A DNA stretch of 63,452 nucleotides, the filler included, from Octopus bimaculoides (lineage: Eukaryota): the NCBI RefSeq assembly GCF_001194135.2. It is 5 parts of 5 records of this genome, joined end to end, with 100 filler letters (N's around TTAATTAATTAA, not from the genome) between each part and the next. Parts side by side here need not be neighbours in the genome. Positions count along the whole stretch, not along the records: positions 8,458 to 35,505 come from NC_068988.1; 4 more parts are not named here. The stretch is one strand, 5' to 3'. A program made the position numbers and the translations under genes. The notes beneath the pieces are model-generated. The model was not told the origin of the DNA and ran no database searches. It saw only the letters and a list, made by a program, of their open reading frames with translations. Within the stretch, counting starts at the first letter, position 1. Each line of letters begins with the position of its first letter. Below are positions 21,510 through 33,884 of this stretch, piece after piece.

Positions 21510-23281
21510 AATAATAGACCATGGGCAGACTGCACGGAATAAATAAGAAACAATAGGGTAATAGGGTAGGGCCATGGTGGGAAAGAATGTGAGAAAAGAT
21601 CTGAACCGATTAAACGGCTGAAATACGAACAACTGAAAAATAATGATGGTGTATAGTGCTATACAAAAATTAAAAGTGATTGGTTATATGCTGTAAGAGA
21701 GAAACTAAAAGAAAGAAAAACAACTAAAGCAAAGAATTTAAAAACGTGCAAAAGCATTCCATCAAATTATACTGTTTAAAATTAACCAAAAGAAAACTTT
21801 CGAGCAACTGGACAGAAGAGAAGGGACCGTATCAATTGTTTCGGACGTCAATGAGAGTAAGAAATCTTGGGAAAGTATCTGGAGTGTGAGTAAAGAGCAA
21901 ATCTTGGAAGCGCTCTGGCTCAAAAGGGTTGAAAATCACTTTAAAGAGAAGAATCAACAGGAGAATGTAGTGATAACACAGAATAAATTACAAAAACAAC
22001 TATGAAGACTTCCAAACAGAAAGACCCGATAGGGAAAAGGCTACTGGTTACAGAACACCAAATCTGCCATACCAGTGCTCGCTGCATTATTAAATGGGAA
22101 GATTAAAAGAAGTAGCATGCTAGAATGGTTGACTACGGGAAGGACGACATTAATTTTAATAGATTGGGCAAAAGGAAATGAGACTTCAAATTTCAGACGC
22201 ATTACTTGACTTCTGTTGGTGTGGAAGTTATTCACAGAAATGCTTTCGAGTGGGGTGGGGTATGTACGTCTAGGAAGCAATAATTTACTTACGGAGGAGC
22301 TGAGAGGATCCAAGATACAGTTTAGAGTCACCGAAGACTTGTTACTAATTTATAAAATGATTATCAAAAATTGCAGGAGACAAACAATATGATCTACAAA
22401 TGGGGAGAACGAATGAACTAGTGCACGATCTGAAATTTTATGCCATGGATTGCAAAAAACTTGATAATCCGGTAAATACAGTCAACATCTTTATTAGTGA
22501 CATCAATGTTCAGTTTATGTTGAATAAGTGCAGTATCGTGCAAAGCAGAAGAGAAAGGTTTGAAAATAGTGAAGCAATAAAATTACCAACAGACTACGAA
22601 ATTAAGTATACTAATACAAAGATACAAGTATCTCGGTTATACTTGAAGCAGACAGTATCAAAGACAGCCATATGAAAGGAAAGTTAAGTCAGGAGTATTT
22701 GAGTAGGTTGAGAAAAATCTTGAAATCGAAACTGAATGGTGTAAGTACCATCGCCACTATTAACACCAAGGGCTGGAGGCACAATAAGGTATAGAGGTAT
22801 TATGGTCAAATGGACGAAGATTCTTAGCAAAGATGATCAGATAAAAATTAGATTCCATGAGACAAAAACAAAATCTTGGACAGAAAAATAAAAAAAATAT
22901 AGCGCATTCCTAAAGAGATGTTGATTGGCTATACAAGAGGAAGATTAAAAGAGGACGAGGGTTAATAAGTATTGAGAATTGTTTGAATATGCAGGTTGCT
23001 TCTCTCCAATGCAAACTAAATTAAGTTGGTAATAAAAGGTAAATATCCTTAATGATGGGAAGGAGACAAAAGACAAAACATGAAAGGGAAAGGACCTATC
23101 GCAACAAACATTTCCATGGCAATTTATTTGTAGCCACAGACGAGTTTCGAGTAGGGAAGCACTGGAACTGACAGAAGGAAAGTCGTCTGATGAGAGAGAA
23201 TGAAGGAATAATTATGACTGCGCAAAAGCAATCCTTGCGAATGAGAGACATCTGGAAAACCATTGACGAGGAAAATATTCG
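21510..23281 (+). mobile_element. R4/Dong-clade (RLE-type) non-LTR retrotransposon, decayed RT region
   Basis: Translations: KSWESIWS, LPNRK..GKGYWL, WLTTGRTTLI...KGNETSNFRRIT.LLLVWKLFT, DLKFYA...NTVNIFISDINVQFMLNKCS, EYLSRLRKILKSKLNG, ENEGIIMTAQKQSLR. Many stops and an internal deletion are present. Confidence 0.85.
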
Positions 23282-23450
23282 TTTCAAAGTTTGGCACAAG
23301 GCCAGCATTTTCGGGGAAGTGAACATAGACTCCAGTGATCAACTTGTACTTATTTTATCGACTTCGAGAGGATAGAAGGCAAAGTCGACCTCGGTGGAAA
23401 CTTAATTCAGAACCTAAAGACAGACGAAATGCCGCTAAACATTTCGTCCT
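23282..23450 (-). mobile_element. SINE family A copy truncating the LINE
   Basis: tttggcacaaggccagc...gaaggcaaagtcgacctcggtggaa...agacgaaatgccgctaaacatttcg. Confidence 0.7.
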
Positions 23451-24954
23451 GTATAAACAAATATTTAGCTGTCATAATAGTCAAATCGAAAATACAGAAG
23501 TTTTAGTTGTACTAATTAGAAGATTTACATGATCAGTACTATAATTGCTGAAACAATTATTACGCGTTTCATAACAACACTGAACTGTTATAATGGCCGA
23601 ATATTAAAAACTATTGCAACGAATAAAAAGATAATAGAATTACCTATAATAGAACCATGTATGATATAATAAAGTTCATCAATTCTCTCATTTAATTGGA
23701 TATTGTTTTCTATAATTATATCAAGTATTCTAAGTGAATTACCAACATTATCCTTGTCTTTAACCAATTAGTTAAACCGCTGATTATTTCTTGATTGTAT
23801 GATATAAGAGTCTTTGTCACCCGTAGGTAATTATCTACTTGAAATTAAAGAAAAAATAATTATATATAGTATATACATACTTCTAAAACTTACTCAACTT
23901 AGAATATAATTAGATTTTTGGACTTCACGGCAGTTTCATTATCTATTCACATTTCTGAATTCGTGACATACTAACGGCCAGGGAGAAATATATTGTATTC
24001 CTTTTTAAAACACGGAATAAGAAATTAAAAGCAATGTAATTTTAATTCCATTAAATTCTGATATATTGTGAGTGACTTCAACAAATAATCTACGGGTATT
24101 TTGTATTTCAATCCTCTTGTGGGTGATAAAAATCATGATTGAGAACGCTTGTGATTTAAAAAAATACAGACATCTCAAGGGACGGAGTTACAATGGATAT
24201 TAGCATGAGTAATTCTTGTTTACGGTCAGGTTACCTACTATTGAGCAAATCGATAAACAGTTGTATACCAAACGTGGATAATCTATTTTCTTTTTCAATG
24301 AGACATCTTTTTCGACAGTGACATATCATTTTTCATTGCACAGAGCAGGTATCGTGGCCACGTAATTATTCTCTTATTGGTTCGAAACATACGGCGATTT
24401 CTTAGGTGCTTATAGGTGTATAAAATTAAATCTAAAATCGCAGTGAACTTCCTTTGGACTATGTGAGCAACTTAAACCTTCCGTGATATTTATAAATTTC
24501 ATAAATATACTGACAGGTTTTTGGAGGTTTACTGTCCTTAAGAGTCCATCTTTTAACAGCTATTGGAATAGCCAATGTTAACCGTTATATCGCGATAAAC
24601 TGTTAGCGAAAATTATTTCCATCATTTAATATAACTATTGTACACGAAAGAAATATATTTTTTTACTATACCAGTTATATTCTTTCTATTTATTTATTTC
24701 TGATGAAACACAGGTAAAATCTGGATATTTGTGATGTAGTGACATGAAATGTGATGTGTTACGATGTAGTATATTATCCAATAAATATGGCATTACAAGC
24801 TTCTGACCAATTTGCAAGATAGCCATAATTTCAAATCCTACCTTTTCCAGTATTGTCAGTTTTTACATCCATATCTGAAGAGTCGAACACATAAGCAAAC
24901 GCACACGCTCTCTCTCTCTCTGTCTCTGTCTCTCTCTCTCTCTGTCTGTCTGTC

Positions 24955-24988
<34 letters not shown>

Positions 24989-26084
24989 ACACTCACACAC
25001 ACACAAACACACACTCACGCACACAAACATACACACTAAATGCTCACACATGCGCCGCGCATATTTTCTGTGTTGTAGTTATTACTTTTAAGATTATTTC
25101 CAGATGCCACTTTATATTGGATTGATATTTCTTCCTTATGAGAAAGATACAAATATGGTTTACGTCTTTCTTTAGTCCAACATATTTGTTCCCATACATT
25201 AATCACTCTTTAGCACATTAAGTCTATCGTAGATGAAGACTTGGAATGCGTACGCCTATAAACGTAAGCCCAATATTTTGTATTAGCACGTATTTGAGCT
25301 AATGTTTTCCATTGCTATCACGTATGTAGGTGGGTTATAACATGCCTACATTCACTCTCTGTCCAATGAACGAGTGTTAATCTTAAACCTACAACTGATT
25401 AATTGATTAATTTCGGTATATTGTTCCATTTGCCCGTGACAATTACATTATATCATATAATTGTTGTTATTATTCTTGAGCCCCAGGTAATCGGTGAGTG
25501 GTCAGTTCATGATGGAAGGTATTTCAACTGCCTTTACAATCTTTATCCACAATTACGTTATTCAATATCTTCTCTGCAGAAACCTGAGTATGGTGTCTTC
25601 AATTCAAGTCATTTAATGATTTGCAAACGATAACACAAGCAGTTTCAATTGCTACGTAGCAGCCCTCTTGTTGGCTCGATAATTTTATCGAATTATGCTA
25701 ATCATTGCTATTATTCAATTATTTACCATATTGAGGAAATTTTCAGAAGTAAGAGATAATATATTATTCCTTGAAATGTTTTCCTGTTGATAATTCTGTG
25801 GTGTTGTGTTATTCTCCTGTTTATCGTAATATTGAGTTCTTTCAATTTATTTTCGTCAATCAAGTTCATGACTATTTTTTAGTTAACGGTGGCTATAGTT
25901 GATTAAATAGAACTTAGTGTATTGTAGTTATTCATTTTAGGTAATCTTAGATGGAAGTAAGGAGGCGTAAATATCAATTAACTTTGAATTCCGAAGCACG
26001 GAACAGATGAGTCGAAGTCGTTTTGGCACACAATTAATTGGCACCACATCAACAAAACGATTTAAAATTATCATTCTTCATACG

Positions 26085-26647
26085 GAATAGCGCATATCAT
26101 CAAAGTGACACACATACGAATCCCAATATACCCATCATGATTACCCATCTGATAAGCATACACCAGGCACATGCATCACAACCATATGTGCGAAACATAA
26201 TGATATCATATCAATACAAACAACACATGACCTTACAGGTTGGGCTTAGTTAGAATGTTCTTCAGGTCAAGTAGCCCATCCTGCTCAAAAAATCTTTGAA
26301 TAATGGTTGTTTAAGGATGATGAACGATACATCCATGTTTCCAGAGGTGAATTGTTCAAACCCAAAATAATTCCTCTCAACACATGGCTATGATGCTCTC
26401 CAACTACTCGTCCTCAAGATTAGAGACACACATATCGTCAGCCACTAAGGGACATGCTCAACTGGTTAAGAATAAACAACTGACAAGCAGATCTGTGATA
26501 TTAAGCAGACTATTTGTTGTAGCTCATCATTAATACCAAAACAAAACATGTACATGATAACATTTCCAGTCAGTTAAGAGATGACAACACATGATAATAA
26601 TTTCAGTCAAGCAATGAGAGCCTCTGCCTGGTAATGCTCCAGGCATT
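26085..26647 (-). mobile_element. ~550-bp (TAA)n-associated element, copy B
   Basis: Reverse complement of 36407-36960 over nearly full length; ends gcctctgcctggtaatgctccaggcattt then (TTA)n. Confidence 0.85.
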
Positions 26648-26660
26648 TATTATTATTATT

Positions 26661-27906
26661 GTTCAGTAGTTTTATTTTTATAACGTGCTTTCACTTCACT
26701 ACCGAGCGCAGCTCTGTGCGCCTTGGGTATGTGCTGTGGTTTGATGTGGTGCTCTTATGTTTACTGTATTGAAAGTGTTTTGCGTAGAATGTGTGCAGTA
26801 CCCAGTAGTGCAATTTTCTGTATGTTATATATATTTGTAAGTCCTGGTGTTTTTGTTATGTATTTGTCGGAATATTTTTTTATTATACCTAAGGCACCTA
26901 CTATGATAGGAATTGTTTCTGTTTTTAGACTCCACATTCGAGTTATCTCTATNNNNNNNNNNNNNNNNNNNNNNNNNNNNNNNNNNNNNNNNNNNNNNNN
27001 NNNNNNNNNNNNNNNNNNNNNNNNNNNNNNNNNNNNNNNNNNNNNNNNNNNNNNNNNNNNNNNNNNNNNNNNNNNNNNNNNNNNNNNNNNNNNNNNNNNN
27101 NNNNNNNNNNNNNNNNNNNNNNNNNNNNNNNNNNNNNNNNNNNNNNNNNNNNNNNNNNNNNNNNNNNNNNNNNNNNNNNNNNNNNNNNNNNNNNNNNNNN
27201 NNNNNNNNNNNNNNNNNNNNNNNNNNNNNNNNNNNNNNNNNNNNNNNNNNNNNNNNNNNNNNNNNNNNNNNNNNNNNNNNNNNNNNNNNNNNNNNNNNNN
27301 NNNNNNNNNNNNNNNNNNNNNNNNNNNNNNNNNNNNNNNNNNNNNNNNNNNNNNNNNNNNNNNNNNNNNNNNNNNNNNNNNNNNNNNNNNNNNNNNNNNN
27401 NNNNNNNNNNNNNNNNNNNNNNNNNNNNNNNNNNNNNNNNNNNNNNNNNNNNNNNNNNNNNNNNNNNNNNNNNNNNNNNNNNNNNNNNNNNNNNNNNNNN
27501 NNNNNNNNNNNNNNNNNNNNNNNNNNNNNNNNNNNNNNNNNNNNNNNNNNNNNNNNNNNNNNNNNNNNNNNNNNNNNNNNNNNNNNNNNNNNNNNNNNNN
27601 NNNNNNNNNNNNNNNNNNNNNNNNNNNNNNNNNNNNNNNNNNNNNNNNNNNNNNNNNNNNNNNNNNNNNNNNNNNNNNNNNNNNNNNNNNNNNNNNNNNN
27701 NCTTCTTCTTCTTCTTCTTCTTCTTCTTCTTCTTCTTCTTCGTATTTGTTAGGTAGATTGATTTCTTGTTTGTATTTGTCAGCTTCCTTAAATACTGAAA
27801 ACAGTTTTTTGTTTTGCTCGTGTTTTGTGGCTATTTGTATTAGCTTCCCTTGCTTCTGGAGTAGGTATTTTTGCAGTCATATGGTGGTTATTTTATAATA
27901 GTTTTC

Positions 27907-27908
<2 letters not shown>
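26661..27908 (-). mobile_element. R4/Dong-clade LINE, 5'-truncated young-looking copy (middle lies in an N gap)
   Basis: 26952-26761 reads IEITRMWSLKTETIPIIVGALGIIKKYSDKYITKTPGLTNIYNIQKIALLGTAHILRKTLSIQ* with no internal stop (RLE C-terminus). 27908-27702 reads LENYYKITTI*LQKYLLQKQGKLIQIATKHEQNKKLFSVFKEADKYKQEINLPNKYEEEE. (TTA)n tracts lie on both sides. Confidence 0.88.
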
Positions 27909-27940
<32 letters not shown>

Positions 27941-28375
27941 GAGTGACAGAGCAGTGCATGCTATCAATGTGGCACTGGGGTAATATATAAGAAGCCCAGT
28001 ATATCCATCATAACTACCAGTTTGATAAGGTTACACCAGATACATGCATCACAACCATATGTGCACCACGTAGCGATCTCATATCGGCATAAACAGCTCA
28101 TGCAGGTTAGAATTTTCTTCAGACTGAGTAGCCCATTACGCGTAAAAGGTCCCTGAATAATGGGTGTTTAAGGATGTTGAATGAAACACCGATGTCTCCA
28201 GAGGTGACTTATTGGAACCCCACAGAATTTCTCCCAACACATGGCTATGATGCTCTCCCACTACTTCTACTCATCATCAGAGATACACAAATAATCAAAT
28301 ACCAAGGGATATGCTCAGCTCATTAATGTCAATTAAGTGAGAAGCAAATCTGTGGTATTGAGCAGAATATTTACT
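27941..28375 (-). mobile_element. ~550-bp (TAA)n-associated element, copy C
   Basis: gagtgacagagcagtgcatgctatcaatgtggcactgggg...agcaaatctgtggtattgagcagaatatt is the reverse complement of the family; its 5' end is missing. Confidence 0.8.
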
Positions 28376-28387
28376 GCATTTCTTTTA

Positions 28388-28878
28388 TTGAGTGAGAGGG
28401 CAGTGCATGTCATGACAGTGACACTGGGGTAAAATATACGAAGCCCAGTAAACTCATCATAACTACCTGTCTGATAACTTGCATCACACACATGTGTGCG
28501 ACATGGTGTTCTCATATCAGGATTACCAGCGCATGACCTTGCAGGTGGGGCGCAGTTAGTATTTTCGTCAGGATAAGGGCTGTTTGAGGATGATGAACAA
28601 AAAAACCATAATTCTAGAGGTGAATTATTTAAACTCCAAAAATTCCTCTCAACATATGGATATGAAGCTCCCCCACTACTTCTGCTCCGAATCAGAGATG
28701 CGCATATCGTCAGCCACCAATGGACATGCTCAACTGCTTAAGGACAAACGACTGCCAAGCAAATCTGTGGTAGTGTGCAGAATATTTGTTGTAGCCCATC
28801 TTTTGTACCAAGACAAAACAATGCACATGATAACTCTTCCAATCAGTTAAGATCGGAAGCCATTAGAGCCAGCACCTG

Positions 28879-28880
<2 letters not shown>
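28388..28880 (-). mobile_element. ~550-bp (TAA)n-associated element, copy D
   Basis: tgagtgagagggcagtgcatgtcatgacagtgacactgggg...ccaatcagttaagatcggaagccattagagcc, followed by (TTA)n at 28880-28930. Confidence 0.8.
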
Positions 28881-28930
<50 letters not shown>

Positions 28931-28931
<1 letters not shown>

Positions 28932-29170
28932 GCATCACTCATCGCCCTAGGACAAGTGAGTGTTGAGAGATGTTGAAATATAAGGGAAAGCTGGGCAAGG
29001 GAAGTCTGGAGGGCAGAGATACCTCTGTAGAATACGGAAATACATCCGTATTTTAAAATACACACATTTTAAGGGGTAGGTTACTTTCCTGAGTATGAAG
29101 GGCGGTACTTGTCAACATAATCTTTGGCATTTCTTTGACCTATGGTTCTGGTGGAAGGTCAGAAACTTAT
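28931..29170 (-). mobile_element. Short 3' end of another R4/Dong-type LINE
   Basis: The minus strand gives KEMPKIMLTSTA.ILRKV (one frameshift), matching the terminal EIQKIxLxxTAHILRKxL motif, then a 3' UTR into (TAA)n. Confidence 0.6.
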
Positions 29171-29219
29171 CATTCTTCTTCTTCTTCTTCTTCTTCTTCT
29201 TCTTCTTCTTCTTCTTCTT

Positions 29220-29282
<63 letters not shown>

Positions 29283-29298
29283 ATTATTATTATTATTA
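29171..29298. repeat. (CTT)n plus (TTA)n compound microsatellite
   Basis: Direct reading. Confidence 0.95.
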
Positions 29299-29499
29299 CG
29301 AAAGCGATAATCTAGCAGAATCATTAGTATATCAGAGAAAATGCTTGGTGTCATTTCGTCCAGAGTTTCTCCACCGCCATGGAAGAATTTGCCTTTCCTC
29401 ACTTTGGGATCGATGTAATCGAGTCTCCCCCAAATTCCAGGCCTTGTGTTTATAGTCGACATCGTCGTGAGCCATGCGGCTTTTGCAGCGTGTTGATGA

Positions 29500-29842
29500 C
29501 ACTACAAAGAAAGTCTTCTCGGTGAGATGCAATTCCTCTCATGGAGCGACATTATGATATTGCAGAGGGGTCCCGGTTAGAATTCTCTGTTTGTTGCGTA
29601 GCCCATCCCGCACAAAAGATTCTTAAAGATCATGAACAAAACACCCATGTTTCCAAGGGTGTATTATGGAAACTCCAAAGAATTAATCTCAGCACATGTC
29701 TATGATGATCTACCACGGTATTGAGCAGAATATTGCTGTAACATATCTTTTATACCGACAAAATATTTCCATGATAACACTTCCAATCAGTCACGATCAA
29801 AAGCCATGAGATCCACTGCTTGGTATTGCTTCAGAACATTTA
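29500..29842 (-). mobile_element. ~550-bp (TAA)n-associated element, copy E (internally deleted)
   Basis: gtagcccatcccgcacaaaag...aaacacccatgtttcc...acttccaatcagtcacgatcaaaagccatgagatccactgcttggtattgcttcagaacattt. Confidence 0.7.
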
Positions 29843-29899
29843 TTATTATCATTATTTATTTATAATTTATTATCATTATCATTGTTTTCATTGGCATCT

Positions 29900-31270
29900 T
29901 GTTTCAATTCTGTTTCTATTTCTTGCCGAGTGTCTTCCTGACACCTAGGGCAGAGAAACGTACTGTGTACATTGGTAGGCCATTAAAACCAACACACCAG
30001 ATTTTTCATTTACATAGTCATGTGATAGAGAAAAAGGGGAAGACAGAGAGAAAAATTAAAAAAAGTAAGCAAATAAAATAAAGGAGAAAAAAAGGAAAGA
30101 AAATTCACAGCGACAATGCTCTTTTCAATACGCGTGACATAACAGTTAAGACAGTCTTTTACACTTCATGCATGAAAGGTAAGCAAGGGATCATTATTAA
30201 ATAATCTTCAGTTCCTTTTGTGATCATTCCAAGTGCTTCTTCAATCACTGGTATTGTAACCATCTTGAGATGCCACATCTTTTCGATTTCGATTACCAAA
30301 TCTTCATATTTTATGAGTTTATCAAATTATTTCGCCAAGATATTATGGTCACAGGATATGCTCATGTCAATTAATAAACAGATTTTATTGCTTGTATCAC
30401 TCACAGCAGTATCTGGTTTATTTCCTTCATGGTCCGATCTGTACATTCTGGGTAGATCCAAAGAATAGTTACATGTTCTCCCTCAGTTATAGCCTCAGGA
30501 TAGTGCTTGCACCATATGTCAACAGTTTTGATTTTATAATACCGACACATTATCCAATGTAGATATTGATCAACTTTTTCATGTCTTGATTTGTACTCTA
30601 CAAGTGCTAAAACCTTACCTCCAGAGATTAGGTGGTCCACTGTTTCTATCCCATCGTTGCAATATCGGCGCTTTGGGTCTACACCATTTTTCATCACATT
30701 GGCTTAATAGTTCTGGGTCAATAAAGTCTGATCTTGTGCAATCAAGCCTTCATTCTCTGTCTTTAGCCCTGAACTCCATAAGCAGTGATGGGCTTGCTTC
30801 TGGTCTGCCATGCAGAGGATTTTTGTTCCCAACTATCAGCCAACTGTTCAAGCGCATTTTGCTTTGCTATTTATTTCACCTTCATTGCAACTACAGTTGC
30901 TGCACTTCTCTCAAACTATTCAACCTGGGTATTATTCATCAACTCACTTAACATTTTTTTTTACTCTTCTCCATAGCAGAATGAAGCTTCTTACTTCTTT
31001 CATGGTTTTCAATGAACTTTAGCATCCACTCGTTAGATGTTTCAAGACATTTTGCCAGTCCAATTGTATTGTTTTTGCAGGAGATTTCAAACTGGATCAA
31101 GCCTCGACCTCCTTGAGCTCTGGGTAGGTAAAGACGATCTACGTCTGCATTTGGGTGGTACCTCTATTGCAAGTCAGCAGCTTACAGATTTTCCTGTCCA
31201 TCTAACTTATTTCGCTCATATTCCAGTTCAACCCGTTGAAATTGTACATAATAACCGGAACTGCCACATA
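29900..31270 (-). mobile_element. R4/Dong-clade LINE 3' portion: RT thumb, zinc knuckle, restriction-like endonuclease and 3' UTR
   Basis: HPNADVDRLYLPRAQGGRGLIQ; RYCNDGIETVDHLISG..LA.VEYKSRHEKV..YLHWIMC; NKPD...CLLIDMSISCD.N...KYEDLVIEIEKMW..VTIPVI..ALGMI; terminal SRVLKRALSL* with the stop at 30105-30107. Frameshifts and stops are present. Confidence 0.9.
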
Positions 31271-31279
31271 TCGAGGCGA

Positions 31280-31630
31280 ATGACCATCATCCTCGTCGTC
31301 GTCGTCTCCACCAGCCCCACCAGCCCCACCACCACCACCACCACCACAAGTAGCAGCAGCACCACCAGCACCATCAGCACCACCACCACCACCACCACCA
31401 CCANNNNNNNNNNNNNNNNNNNNNNNNNNNNNNNNNNNNNNNNNNNNNNNNNNNNNNNNNNNNNNNNNNNNNNNNNNNNNNNNNNNNNNNNNNNNNNNNN
31501 NNNNNNNNNNNNNNNNNCACCACCATCATCATCATCATCATCATCATCAGCATCGTCGTCGTCGTCCGCGTCATCGTCATCGTCGTCTTCGTCGTCGTCA
31601 TCATCGTCGTCGTCGTCGACGTCATCATTA
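31280..31630. repeat. (ACC)n/(ATC)n/(GTC)n trinucleotide complex around a gap
   Basis: Direct reading. Confidence 0.9.
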
Positions 31631-33884
31631 TTTTTATTTATTGAAAATTCTTATAACAGTATAACCATTAAAGCGTACATCAATAGACGCCGTGCGAATC
31701 ACGAATGACTGAATTCATATTCAATAAAATTGCTGATAAAATCGGATATGGTTGAGAGATAATAACAGATAATGCTTAAATAATTGTTAGCTACTTGCTA
31801 TTATGTAACATAATATCGTTTGATCGTAGTAATATTTACGTTAAAGTAGTCTGGAATCAATTGTGACTCATACACAAAGAGCAAAAACGTATTTTATTTA
31901 TAACAGCGAATATAATTTTTCATTGTATTTCTTCTAAGAATTGGCAATATTCTGTAATTATGAACCTACGATGGATCATGTTTAGAACATATAGCAGATA
32001 GTGCACAATTTTCCTGTGTTTTATTGGGAAACAATTCAATTTGCTTTTCACCTGACGAGTATTGTGTTTCAATTATCTTATTTTTTGCATTGAAGCCCTG
32101 GTTTCTGGTTGAGTCGGAAAAAAATTAGATACACGCGCGTGTGTATTTATGTATATATGTTTGTATGTATTTATATAAAGAGCGTAGATGTGTGTTTGCC
32201 TAGGTGGCTGCGTATACTTGTATTAAACTTAAGCATTGGGTTGCGTCCCTTTACGTTAAAATGTAACTGTCTCTAACTAGAAGTCCCTGTAATAAAATAA
32301 CAGGCAGAATCGAAAACCGACGTCGACATGATGGATTAGAACCTAGTATGCTCGTAGGCTATCAACTTAAACCAGTAAAGACGATATATATATATATGGT
32401 ATCATCCAGTCAGGCTGATTGCGCCGGCCAGCCTGATTACCTCTCTCCCGATCTTCCATATACATATATGATAAATAAATATATTGTTGTGTCTAGAGAG
32501 AGTCATTCTCTTTTAGTGCCTTATTATTTGACACACTCACCGGTAAAGTTTCCACTCATTTATTTTTCCTAAAATCTTTGTTGCGTCTTGCAACCTTTTC
32601 AATAGTCGTTGACTGTGCCCGTTATCAGAGCTGAGTTCCTTTTGCTTGTTTGTGTTCATGTGTGTGGGTCATTGTGTGTGCGTATGTATATATGTGAGTG
32701 TAAAATTGTATGTATTCTCCATATTCATGTTTGTGTGTTTTTTATGTCTGTCTGCTTGCATGTGTGTGTATGTACCTCTGTCTCCTTGTGTGTGCATGTG
32801 TGAGAGTGTCTGTGTATGAGAGTTTTTGACGATGTACAGTATCTGTATGTATGTATGTACGTATGTGTGTCTCTATATGTGTCCTTTTTGTGAAGTGAAG
32901 TGTGTATGTATGTGGTGATGTGTTTCAGTCTTCATTTGCGTATGTATGTATGTGTGTGTGCTTGTCTGTTCATATTACCTACGTACCTATCCGTCTGTAT
33001 GTCCATCTGTTTCCATTCATATCAATTTGCCTACTTACACGCGCATATAAATATACGTTTACGTATACATATGCACACACACATACATACATCTACATAA
33101 CACCCCACTTACTATTCAACCTCTATATAAATATAAACTGACTATATACACACACTTCCCTTCGCACAATGATACCTATGGAGACACATATCCGTACATA
33201 CAGACACAGTAGATAGTCACAAAAAGCCTATTACTTATTCTATCGGATTCTTTTGCCGAATTGCTAATTTACGAGGACGTAAACACACCAACATTGGTTG
33301 TCAAGCGATATTGTGGTATATATATATATATATGATATATAACTGTGTCGTTAAAGTCATTATCCCGGTTTCTTATTTGCAAACTCTCGTACGGAAGATA
33401 GTATTGAACAGCAATGAAAATCTTTTTTTAAAGTCGAACTTAAGCCCAAAATAGTTTTAGAAACTATAACATATATTCAGTGTCTGTTTAGTTTAAACTA
33501 AGCATTCACCCTGTACACTTAGTATACCACAGATGATACTCCTTCTTGCAACTGAGAACGGCTTAATCTGTTTTCCTTCATATGTCTTATTACCAGCAAA
33601 CGCTTACGCAATGATTTTCAGTGGCCTTTTAGGTGTAGTCTCAAGTGGATATGGAATCTAAGAACATTCTAGTTTTGCCAATCCCACTTTAATTTTTGAT
33701 TATTTAAGCCTGTATTATATACTTTTATGATGACGGAATTATGTAGTCTGACACAATTTTGTTTATTTAACTTATGAAAACATGCAATGACTCCGTTGTC
33801 ATATATATTTCGAATGCAAATCGAATTTGCACTGTGCATTCTAACGGCACATGAGGAGGCAGATGGTCCCGGAATAGCATAGGT

